A stretch of 64,000 nt of DNA from Chloroflexota bacterium. GTDB lineage: Bacteria; Chloroflexota; Dehalococcoidia; GIF9; AB-539-J10. The stretch is from assembly GCA_013388845.1 (NCBI GenBank), contig JACAEN010000009.1, positions 13,767 to 77,766 of the forward strand. Direction: 5' to 3'. This document shows positions 56,429-64,000 of the stretch, in pieces. The notes under the pieces were generated by a model. It was not told the origin of the DNA, did no database searches, and saw nothing but the letters and a program-made list of their open reading frames with translations. The translations under genes and the position numbers were made by a program. Within the stretch, counting starts at the first letter, position 1. The number at the start of each line of letters is the position of its first letter.

Positions 56429-57258
56429 ATGATATCGTCCAATTCAAACACAGGTCCATCACGGCATACCCGTTTCAAGCCTTTCCTGGTCTTTATAGTG
56501 CAGCTATAACAAGCTCCAAATCCACATCCCATCCTCACCTCAAGGGAAACTTGACATTTCTTGAGCTTGAGATTGTGGGAGGGTACGAGACCCTCCCCTA
56601 CGATGGTTTTTTCCTCTCCCTTCAAGGGAGAGGGATTAAGGGAGAGGGCCATCGCTTTATACATGTCTACTGGACCACAGGCATAGATCTGGTCAGCCCA
56701 GTTTAAGAAATCAGGCAGGATATCCGTGACTTTGCCTTTCTGGCCCATGCTGCCATCCTCGGTGATGGGAATATATTGGACTCCGTTTGGTAAAGGGGGG
56801 AGCTTGCTTGGCTTTCTGCTCGTGGAAGAAAAGGGATAGAGCTGAGCAGCAGCGCTCGCACCGTGGATTAAAGTTATCTGGTGCTGTGACGAGGCATGTT
56901 GCATCAAAAAGACGAGCGGAGCGATGCCAATCCCCCCAGCTACCAGTAGCAAGTTTCTTGCTTTCGGTTCGATAGTAAACCCTTTGCCTAAGGGGCCCAG
57001 AATATCTATTCTGTCACCCTTCTTTTGCTGTGATAGCCAGAGGGTGCCTTTGCCTGCGACCTTGAACAGAAGGGCAAGCTCCTGCGATGAAATCTGATGA
57101 ACGCTGAAGGGGCGACGTAATGTAAAGTCTCCACACCGCACTGTTATGAATTGCCCTGGCTGAGCTGTCACTGCTATATCTGGCGCTTCAATCCACATGA
57201 GGTAAACACCAGGCATGAGCTCTAAATTGGAAGCTACGGTGCATAAAGTTTGTTTCAT
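56407..57258 (-). CDS. pyrK: Dihydroorotate dehydrogenase electron-transfer subunit. Start at the internal Met of MKQTLCTV.
   Basis: FAD/NAD-binding ferredoxin-reductase fold and a C-terminal 2Fe-2S motif CGFGACYSCT...C. Confidence 0.85.
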   Translation of the reverse strand: MKQTLCTVASNLELMPGVYLMWIEAPDIAVTAQPGQFITVRCGDFTLRRPFSVHQISSQELALLFKVAGKGTLWLSQQKKGDRIDILGPLGKGFTIEPKARNLLLVAGGIGIAPLVFLMQHASSQHQITLIHGASAAAQLYPFSSTSRKPSKLPPLPNGVQYIPITEDGSMGQKGKVTDILPDFLNWADQIYACGPVDMYKAMALSLNPSPLKGEEKTIVGEGLVPSHNLKLKKCQVSLEVRMGCGFGACYSCTIKTRKGLKRVCRDGPVFELDDIIWQEVKI

Positions 57259-57330
57259 ATCAACATCCAAATAAAAGCAAAAGTCAAAATGACAGAGCAA
57301 AAATCAAAAGCCAAACATTTTTCCATTTTG

Positions 57331-57347
57331 TCCCGATTAAATCGGGA
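57331..57347. repeat. CCCGA-N5-TCGGG micro-hairpin, copy TCCCGATTAAATCGGGA, in the pyrK/carB spacer
   Basis: Perfect 6-bp stem, read directly from the sequence. Confidence 0.7.
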
Positions 57348-57359
57348 TTGATTTTTATT

Positions 57360-60300
57360 TTAACCTTTGCCTTTTGATTTTCTTAAGTACTCTCGGAGTG
57401 GTTGAACGCTAAAGCTTTGGCTCTCACTCGCTAATGCTTCTATAGCTACCTGAGCCGTATCCAATGAAGTGAAGCAGGGTATCCTCTTTTCTGCCGCAGC
57501 ACGCCTGATGGCTAATCCGTCCTTCAACGGAATGCGCCCTCCAGTGATGGTATTAATCACTGCGCTCACGGAACTATCTTGAATGATATCAATAACATTA
57601 GGATGTCCCTCGCTCAGCTTTTTGGTCACCATTTTGACCGGAAGCCCCAGAGATTCAATCATCTCTGCGGTCCCCTCCGTAGCATAGAGCCCGTACTGAA
57701 GGGAATGCAGTTTTTTGATTAGAGGCTCAGACTCAGCTTTATCCTTGTCGGCGATGCTGAGTAGCAGACTACCTCTTCGCGGCAGCATCAATCCAGCAGC
57801 TAAAAGTGCTTTAACTAAAGCTGCCTCAAAGCTGTAGTCCACTCCCATAACCTCACCAGTGGATTTCATTTCAGGACCAAGGTAGCTATCTACTCCAGTC
57901 AATTTGGACATAGAGAAAACGGGAGCCTTTATCCCTACCAACTTTTGTCTCCTCCACAACCCGCCTTCATAACCTTGCTCCTTGAGGCTAATCCCAGCCA
58001 TGACCTTAGTGGCAATTCTTACCATGGGCACGCCAGTTACCTTGGAGATAAAAGGCACAGTTCGGCTGGCCCGGGGATTTACCTCAAAAACATATACCGT
58101 TGAGCGACCGTTTTCCCTCATGATTACCATCTGGACGTTCATCAATCCTTTAATCCCAAGAGCCAGTCCAATCCTGATGGTGTGTTCCACCATGGCGTTT
58201 ACTTCGTCTTGCGTAAGATTGATTCCCGGATAGATAGCTAGGGCATCACCGCTGTGTACGCCAGCTCTTTCAATATGCTCCATCACGCCAGGAATGAGAA
58301 CTCTTTCCCCGTCGCAAATAGCATCTACCTCGACTTCCTTACCCTGGAAGTATTTATCAATAAGCACAGGATGCTGGCTATCCATCTCCAGAGCGAGTGT
58401 CAGGTAGCGGATTAATTCAGGTTCATTATAGACAATTTCCATAGCTCGACCCCCCAGGACATAGCTGGGGCGCACTAGCACTGGGTAGCCCAGCGTCTTA
58501 GCCACATTTAGGGCCTCCTCCAACGACCTCACCCCGGCCCCGGGCGGCTGGGGAATGCCTAATCTAGCTAGAAAATCTTCGAAGCGATGACGGTCTTCAG
58601 CTATGTCTATGGCTTCGGCGCCTGAGCCCAGTATCGGCAAATTGTTCCGGGCTAGGGATTCCACTAAATTAATGGGTGTTTGTCCGCCAAGCTGGACGAT
58701 AGATGCTGGAGTAGAGTCGTTGTTACTCTCATTCTCAAGTATATCTCGGATACTTTCCTCATCTAAAGCTTCGAAGTAGAGGCGATTGCTGGTGTCAAAG
58801 TCGGTGGAAACTGTCTCAGGATTAGAATTGACCAGGATGCTCTTCATTCCTATTTCTTGAAGTGCCCAGGCGGCATGGACGCAGCAATAGTCAAACTCGA
58901 TTCCCTGCCCGATGCGTATAGGGCCGCTGCCGATAACCACGGCTTTCTTTTCTGCCAGAGGCTCGGCTTCGTTTTGCTTCTCATAAGTGCTGTAGAAGTA
59001 AGGGGTCTCAGCGTCAAATTCAGCAGCGCAGGTATCCACCATCTTGTACACTGGACGGATCTGCCATTGATGGCGAGCCTGTCTTACCTGCTCGGGCAAC
59101 CTGTCGGCTAAAGTGCCTACTTGCTCATCGGAGAAGCCCAGTCTCTTCGCCTGCCACAAAAGCTCCGGCGTCAGTGGTTCGGAAAGCAGCCTCCTCTCCA
59201 TATCCACAATATTCTTAAACTTATACATAAACCAGGGGTCTATCCCGGTGAGCTGGGAGAGTTCTTCAGGTGTGGCTTCTCTGCGCAACGCCGCCATAAT
59301 CGCCCATAGTCTTAAGTCGTTAGGGTGAAGTGGGTAAGAATGAAGTCCCTCTCCTTTACTCCAATTGGGGTCCTCCCAAAGCAGAGTGCGTTTGCCGAAT
59401 TCCAGGGAGCGCACTGCCTTTTGTAGAGCCGCCTCAAAACACCTGTCAATAGCCATGACCTCACCAGTGGCTTTCATCTGGCTGCCAACTTTTCGGTCGC
59501 CCAAAGCGAATTTATCAAAGGGCCATCTGGGAATCTTGACTACGCAGTAGTCCAGGGCTGGCTCGAAAGACGCCAGCGTTTTGCCCGTGACCCTATTGGG
59601 TATTTCGTCGAGCCTCTTGCCTATGGCTATTTTGGCAGCCACCCGAGCAATAGGATAGCCAGTAGCCTTACTGGCTAAAGCCGAGCTACGGCTGACACGC
59701 GGGTTGACTTCAATTACGTGGTATTGGCTTTCTTTAACTCCTATTTGGTCGGGAGCCCACTTTTTGGCTACGATGGGATGTGGAGTAAGAGCAAACTGTA
59801 TATTGCAGCCACCCTCGATTTTCAGTGCTCTTATTATCCTCAGACTGGCTGACCTCAGCATCTGGTATTCCTTGTCAGTGAGAGTCTGGCTGGGGGCTAC
59901 TACGATACTATCCCCAGTATGCACGCCCATGGGGTCAATGTTCTCCATGATGCAGACGGCGATGCAATTGTCAGCAGCATCCCGCATGACTTCAAATTCA
60001 ATTTCCTTCCAACCTAAGACGCATTGCTCGACCAGAACCTCGTGGCTCATGCTGGAATCGAGTCCGTTGGTCACAATCTGCTTAAGCTCTTCAATAGTAT
60101 GGGCAATGCCTCCACCCGTGCCTCCTAGGGTGTAAGAAGGGCGGACAATGAGAGGCAAGCCAATTGACCTGGTCAGTTCTACAGCTTCTTTCACCGATTT
60201 CACGGTTTTGCTGGCCGGCACCGGCTCGCCAATATCCAGAAGAAGCTGCTTGAACAAAGACCTCTCTTCAGCTTTTTTTATCGTTTCTATAGGTGTGCCT

Positions 60301-60638
60301 AAGGAACGGACATTATACTTGTCGAGTATGCCGGCATCGGCTAACTCCACTGCCAGATTGAGCCCTGTTTGCCCTCCCAGGGTCGGCAATAAGCCGTCAG
60401 GGCGCTCCCTCTCAATTATGCGAGCTATGACTTCCGCAGTGAGAGGCTCGATATAGACAATATCAGCAATACCTTCGTCGGTCATGATGGTGGCTGGGTT
60501 TGAGTTCACCAGAACCGTGGTCACGCCTTCCTCCCGTAGAGCCCGGCAAGCCTGAGTCCCGGAATAATCGAACTCCGCCGCCTGCCCGATGATTATCGGC
60601 CCCGAGCCAATGACTAAGACCTTAGATATTTTGAACAT
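57360..60638 (-). CDS. carB: Carbamoyl-phosphate synthase large subunit
   Basis: 1092 aa with duplicated ATP-grasp halves and an MGS-like C-terminus. Confidence 0.95.
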   Translation of the reverse strand: MFKISKVLVIGSGPIIIGQAAEFDYSGTQACRALREEGVTTVLVNSNPATIMTDEGIADIVYIEPLTAEVIARIIERERPDGLLPTLGGQTGLNLAVELADAGILDKYNVRSLGTPIETIKKAEERSLFKQLLLDIGEPVPASKTVKSVKEAVELTRSIGLPLIVRPSYTLGGTGGGIAHTIEELKQIVTNGLDSSMSHEVLVEQCVLGWKEIEFEVMRDAADNCIAVCIMENIDPMGVHTGDSIVVAPSQTLTDKEYQMLRSASLRIIRALKIEGGCNIQFALTPHPIVAKKWAPDQIGVKESQYHVIEVNPRVSRSSALASKATGYPIARVAAKIAIGKRLDEIPNRVTGKTLASFEPALDYCVVKIPRWPFDKFALGDRKVGSQMKATGEVMAIDRCFEAALQKAVRSLEFGKRTLLWEDPNWSKGEGLHSYPLHPNDLRLWAIMAALRREATPEELSQLTGIDPWFMYKFKNIVDMERRLLSEPLTPELLWQAKRLGFSDEQVGTLADRLPEQVRQARHQWQIRPVYKMVDTCAAEFDAETPYFYSTYEKQNEAEPLAEKKAVVIGSGPIRIGQGIEFDYCCVHAAWALQEIGMKSILVNSNPETVSTDFDTSNRLYFEALDEESIRDILENESNNDSTPASIVQLGGQTPINLVESLARNNLPILGSGAEAIDIAEDRHRFEDFLARLGIPQPPGAGVRSLEEALNVAKTLGYPVLVRPSYVLGGRAMEIVYNEPELIRYLTLALEMDSQHPVLIDKYFQGKEVEVDAICDGERVLIPGVMEHIERAGVHSGDALAIYPGINLTQDEVNAMVEHTIRIGLALGIKGLMNVQMVIMRENGRSTVYVFEVNPRASRTVPFISKVTGVPMVRIATKVMAGISLKEQGYEGGLWRRQKLVGIKAPVFSMSKLTGVDSYLGPEMKSTGEVMGVDYSFEAALVKALLAAGLMLPRRGSLLLSIADKDKAESEPLIKKLHSLQYGLYATEGTAEMIESLGLPVKMVTKKLSEGHPNVIDIIQDSSVSAVINTITGGRIPLKDGLAIRRAAAEKRIPCFTSLDTAQVAIEALASESQSFSVQPLREYLRKSKGKG

Positions 60639-60658
60639 CTAGGCTCCCGCGTAACTCT

Positions 60659-61213
60659 CTAAAGTGTGAATACAAGCACGATGAAGATTATCCATAGCAT
60701 TATTAGTATCCAAACTATAGATCTTGATCCTTCAAATCCCCGTGGCGGCGCGTACTTAGGGAACCTCTTCCATAAGAATTTCCACCATCCATAGCGTGGG
60801 TACTGCTCATTAAGCTTCTTGTATTTCTCCTTCTCTTCCTCTGTCAATCCATCCCAATGGTCGAGACTCCAGGCTATCTTATTTTTCCGCATTCCCAATT
60901 CGTCCTCTATTTCACGCATCCTTTCATAGTTGATACTAGTGAGAAATTGCATTCTATTTAACCAGCGTTTCCAAAAGTGAAGAATCGCGATTATCCCTGC
61001 ACCTAGTACCAAGACTAAGCATCTAATATTCCTTTCAAGAAGCGAACTACCTGTCATGCTATATATCACTGCTCCCAATAATGCCACATTGACAGACATG
61101 AAAACGCTGGTAGCGATCCATACTTGACTCCCGATGGAATCGTTATGTTGCTGGCAAACCTCATACTCCTTAAGTAAGACCTCTTGCTGATTTCGTTCCA
61201 CTTTATCTTTCAT
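60659..61213 (-). CDS. Hypothetical 3-TM membrane protein inserted between carA and carB
   Basis: 184 aa. Hydrophobic segments around aa 35-55, 68-86 and 165-184. A charged helical region lies in between. No recognised domain. Confidence 0.5.
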   Translation of the reverse strand: MKDKVERNQQEVLLKEYEVCQQHNDSIGSQVWIATSVFMSVNVALLGAVIYSMTGSSLLERNIRCLVLVLGAGIIAILHFWKRWLNRMQFLTSINYERMREIEDELGMRKNKIAWSLDHWDGLTEEEKEKYKKLNEQYPRYGWWKFLWKRFPKYAPPRGFEGSRSIVWILIMLWIIFIVLVFTL

Positions 61214-62394
61214 TTCTCCCTCACCATCTCCAGAAATCTTTCAAATAGATACATGTTGTCCCAAGGGCCAGGGGAGGCTTCGGAGTGGTATTGAATGGAT
61301 AGAATGGGCAACTCTCGGTGGCGGAGACCCTCCACCGTGCCGTCGTTTAAGCTTATGTGGCTGACCTCCAGTCCCCCTTTCAAAGTATCGGCGTGTATGG
61401 CGTAGCCATGATTTTGAGCGGTGATATAGACTCTGCCCGTAGCTAAATCCCGCACAGGATGGTTGCCCCCACGATGCCCGAATTTGAGCTTAAAAGTCTG
61501 GGCCCCCAAGGCTTTACCTATGAGCTGATGCCCCAGGCATATGCCCATTATCGGCTTTTTACCTATAAGATTTCTTACCGTCTCCGCTATGTCATCGAGA
61601 AGGGCAGGGTCACCGGGGCCCGGGGAGAGAACAATGCCATCGGGATTCAGGGCTAGGATGTCTTTTGCTGAAGCGGTGCATGGGATGGCGGTTGCTTGGC
61701 AGCCCAAGTGACTCAGGATGCGCAATATGTTGTATTTCAAGCCATAGTCGATAACCAAGATATGAGATTGCGGAGCCTGTTCCGAGCGTGAGCGAGGAAT
61801 CTCGCCCAGGCTGCTTCGGCTTCGCTTCGCAACCGCTGACGCTCCTCGCAATGACAGATAAGGCAGGGGCACAGTGGCAGGCGCACGGCATTGCCATTCA
61901 TATGCCTTCTTGGTGCTAACCTGACGAACAAAATTAACAGAATCATATCTGGGTAAGGCCTTTAGCTCTTCTGACGCCTCTTCAATGGTCATCTCCGAAC
62001 TGAGAATGCCCATCATCACTCCAGTTGACCTCAGGTGCCGAGTTAAGGCACGGGTATCTATGCCGCTGATGCCAGGAATGCCATAAGCCAGTAAGAACTC
62101 GTGCAAAGTGCGAGTGCTTTGCCAGTGACTAGGGCGAGGGCAATATTCTCGGACCGCTAAACCTCTGACCTGAATTTGCTGGGATTCAAAATCGGAGTCG
62201 TTGATGCCATAGTTGCCAATCAAAGGATAGGTAGGGACCAGGATTTGACCAGCGAAGGACGGGTCGGTAAGCATTTCCTGATAACCGGCCATGCTGGTAT
62301 CGAAAACTACCTCACCATAGGTAGTAGCCTGAGCGCCAAAGGCCTCGCCTTCGTAAACCGAGCCGTCTTCGAGAACTAAAATCGCCTTCTTAAC
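61210..62394 (-). CDS. carA: Carbamoyl-phosphate synthase small subunit (glutamine amidotransferase). Start at MVKKAILV; the ORF-track extension to 62460 is translated repeat DNA.
   Basis: GATase triad region (GICLGHQL; ...HGYAI...) and an N-terminal CPSase small-chain domain. Carries a ~43-aa in-frame insertion at 61762-61890. Confidence 0.9.
   Translation of the reverse strand, partial: VKKAILVLEDGSVYEGEAFGAQATTYGEVVFDTSMAGYQEMLTDPSFAGQILVPTYPLIGNYGINDSDFESQQIQVRGLAVREYCPRPSHWQSTRTLHEFLLAYGIPGISGIDTRALTRHLRSTGVMMGILSSEMTIEEASEELKALPRYDSVNFVRQVSTKKAYEWQCRAPATVPLPYLSLRGASAVAKRSRSSLGEIPRSRSEQAPQSHILVIDYGLKYNILRILSHLGCQATAIPCTASAKDILALNPDGIVLSPGPGDPALLDDIAETVRNLIGKKPIMGICLGHQLIGKALGAQTFKLKFGHRGGNHPVRDLATGRVYITAQNHGYAIHADTLKGGLEVSHISLNDGTVEGLRHRELPILSIQYHSEASPGPWDNMYLFERFLEMVREK
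61762..61890. repeat. Copy of the GCTTCG...CGCAATGACAG repeat family inserted in frame in the carA inter-domain linker (encodes ...CRAPATVPLPYLSLRGASAVAKRSRSSLGEIPRSRSEQAPQS...)
   Basis: The nucleotide word GCTTCGGCTTCGCTTCGC...CTCGCAATGACAG matches the other copies. The encoded peptide sits between YEW and HILVIDYG, where carA homologs have only a few residues. That homolog comparison is from memory. Confidence 0.6.
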
Positions 62395-63811
62395 CATGAG
62401 ATTCTTCGCTTCGCTCAGAATGACAAGGAGTGCGCTCAGAATGACAAGGGATGGAGGCAAAACGCCTTCTTAGTAAGTCATCCATATAAACTATCCTGCC
62501 ATTTGCTATGGTGGCCATTACCTTGCCCTTAAACCTATAGCCATCGTAGGGAGTGTTTTTGCCTTTGGAGGCGAAATTGTGGCTATCCACTACCCATTCC
62601 CGGTCAGGGTCAAATATGGTGATATTAGCTGGGGCGCCTGCCTTTAAGGTGCCCAGTTCACCATTTCGACCAATGACCTTCGCTGGCTCATAAGTTAGCT
62701 TAGAAATTAGCTGGGCAAGGCTTATTTCGCCGCGGTGCACCAAGCTCATAAGGCAGCCAAGAGCGGTTTCCAAGCCGCTGATGCCAAAAGCCGCTAGCTC
62801 TAGCGGACAGTTTTTATCTATCAGGGTATGTGGTGCGTGGTCGGTGGCGATAGCATCGATTACGCTGTCTCTAAGTCCTTTAATTAAGGCTTCGACATCC
62901 TCTTTAGTGCGCAGGGGCGGGTTTACTTTGGCATTGGTATCAAAGGGTTTGTTGGGCGACTCGCCTGCAATTCTCTCTTCGGTTAACGTCAGGTGGTGGG
63001 GTGTGACCTCAGCGGTTACTGAAATCCCTTCTTCCTTGGCGCGGCGAATGAGCTCTACAGAGCCTTTGGTGCTGACATGGGCAATATGAAGTCTGGCCTT
63101 GGTCAACTTGGCCAGAATCAAGTCGCGGGCTACCATGACCTCTTCAGCAGCGGCGGGAATTCCTTTCAGCCCCAACTTGGCAGATACCTGACCTTCATTT
63201 ATGACTCCATTGTTGCTCAGCGTCTTATCCTCACAGTGGTCAATGATTGGCAAGCCCAGGTCTCGGCTATACTCTAGGGCACGACGCATAAGCTGCGAGT
63301 TTGCTACAGGGTTACCATCGTCGCTGAAGCCAACCACTCCAGCTCGAGCCAGTGCGGCCATATCAGTTAATTCCTCACCTCGTCTACCGTTGGTGATACA
63401 GCCTATGGGAAGAACAGCAACCAAGCCATCTTGGCTCGCTTTTCGCTTCAACCAATCTACAGCAGCCGGGTCATCTAAAGGAGGTTCGGTATTTGCCATA
63501 CAACAGACGGTGGTAAAACCGCCTATGGCGGCGGCTTTTGTGCCTGTGGCGATGGTTTCCTTATCCTCAAAACCTGGCTCTCGGAGGTGGCAGTGAAGGT
63601 CTATAAAGCCGGGGCAGATGACCAGTCCTGTGGCATCGAGATTCTGTGCTGTCTCTTGGCTATGCTCAGGGCTTCGGCTCAGAGTGACAATGCCTCCTAT
63701 CTGCACAATCTTGCCCCCAGCAATAAGCAAGTCACCAACCCGGTCTATGCCCTGGCTGGGGTTGATTATACGGCCACCACGGATAAGCAGAAACATAGCC
63801 TTTTTATTCAT
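62390..63811 (-). CDS. pyrC: Dihydroorotase (class I). The real start is possibly at MFLLIRGG. The C-terminal ~20 aa are repeat-derived.
   Basis: IDLHCHLREPG metal-binding motif and ...DHAPH... motif. A small repeat-derived insert (GGCTTCGGCTCAGAGTGACAATG, 63669-63694) sits in the N-terminal region. Confidence 0.85.
   Translation of the reverse strand: MNKKAMFLLIRGGRIINPSQGIDRVGDLLIAGGKIVQIGGIVTLSRSPEHSQETAQNLDATGLVICPGFIDLHCHLREPGFEDKETIATGTKAAAIGGFTTVCCMANTEPPLDDPAAVDWLKRKASQDGLVAVLPIGCITNGRRGEELTDMAALARAGVVGFSDDGNPVANSQLMRRALEYSRDLGLPIIDHCEDKTLSNNGVINEGQVSAKLGLKGIPAAAEEVMVARDLILAKLTKARLHIAHVSTKGSVELIRRAKEEGISVTAEVTPHHLTLTEERIAGESPNKPFDTNAKVNPPLRTKEDVEALIKGLRDSVIDAIATDHAPHTLIDKNCPLELAAFGISGLETALGCLMSLVHRGEISLAQLISKLTYEPAKVIGRNGELGTLKAGAPANITIFDPDREWVVDSHNFASKGKNTPYDGYRFKGKVMATIANGRIVYMDDLLRRRFASIPCHSERTPCHSERSEESHG
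62398..62450. repeat. Tandem copy of the repeat family (GAGATTCTTCGCTTCGCTCAGAATGACAAGGAGTGCGCTCAGAATGACAAGGG) at the pyrC/carA junction
   Basis: Read directly from the sequence. In two frames it supplies the C-terminal tail of pyrC (...SIPCHSERTPCHSERSEESHG) and the spurious N-terminal extension of carA. Confidence 0.7.
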
Positions 63812-64000
63812 TGTCTGACATAGCTGCTGGGCTTGAACTGCTGAGCCCGGGCTTCCTTTTCCGAAGCAAAGATAATCAGATTCTCCGGTCTAATCTTCCG
63901 AGCAAAGTGGCTATCAGCGCTGTGATACTTTTTGTTTTCCAGCTTCCTTTGATGCCACTCTGAGCTGGCGACATACGGGGGACGAAGCTCATGGTCGCAA
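63808..64000 (-). CDS. Partial ORF running off the window end (C-terminal 63 codons: ...IIFASEKEARAQQFKPSSYVRQ*). Possibly the preceding gene of the pyr operon. Identity not established.
   Basis: Open frame to the window edge in the same orientation as the pyr genes. No motif recognised. Confidence 0.3.
   Translation of the reverse strand, partial: CDHELRPPYVASSEWHQRKLENKKYHSADSHFARKIRPENLIIFASEKEARAQQFKPSSYVRQ

Overview
This 64 kb window is a mostly housekeeping chromosomal segment that includes dnaA. Its gene content is consistent with an anaerobic Chloroflexi/Dehalococcoidia-like bacterium, but that placement is inference. The gene calls are made by eye from sequence motifs, with no database searches.

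Confidently recognisable genes:
- Arginine biosynthesis: argJ-argB-argD.
- Replication and repair: dnaE, dnaA, gyrB, polA, dinB, a PolX, a family-4 uracil-DNA glycosylase, lexA.
- Cell division and RNA turnover: ftsK, RNase J.
- Pyrimidine biosynthesis: pyrF, then a pyrC-carA-carB-pyrK block.
- Translation and stress: hisS, fmt, rpsT, rel (relA/spoT), nadD, obg.
- Central and C1 metabolism: an archaeal-type phosphoglycerate mutase, ilvE, and a Wood-Ljungdahl-type fhs-folD-cooC trio.
- A tRNA-Arg/tRNA-His pair.

Accessory content and the most interesting observations:
1. A tightly packed four-gene operon (37.1-39.7 kb) led by an unusual ParB/Srx-HTH-ASCH fusion protein and three proteins of unknown function. 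It is a candidate undescribed, possibly modified-nucleic-acid-sensing or defence, system. Its promoter region shares a ~48-nt module with polA: a TATAAT box flanked by a GCCATAG...CTATGGC palindrome.
2. An AT-rich island (18.9-21.7 kb) encoding an N-terminally membrane-anchored protein, a TIR-like protein with a C-terminal zinc ribbon, and an excisionase-type HTH protein. It is a candidate TIR-based defence module.
3. A hicB-hicA toxin-antitoxin cassette flanked by a duplicated 3' end of a DUF951 gene.
4. Two dispersed repeat families:
   - a CCCGA-N4/5-TCGGG micro-hairpin at 8 or more sites, including inside the dnaE and ftsK coding sequences;
   - a GCTTCGCTCAGAATGACAAG / GTCATTGCGAGCGAAGCG element at 5 or more sites. 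One copy forms a ~43-aa in-frame insertion in carA, a shorter one sits in pyrC, and others supply the carA/pyrC gene-end junction and have apparently truncated a tldD/pmbA gene to a C-terminal remnant.
5. Degenerate RATTTRG tandem motifs recur in many intergenic regions.
6. A gene for a membrane protein is wedged between carA and carB.
7. A perfect DnaA box sits in the AT-rich spacer next to dnaA.
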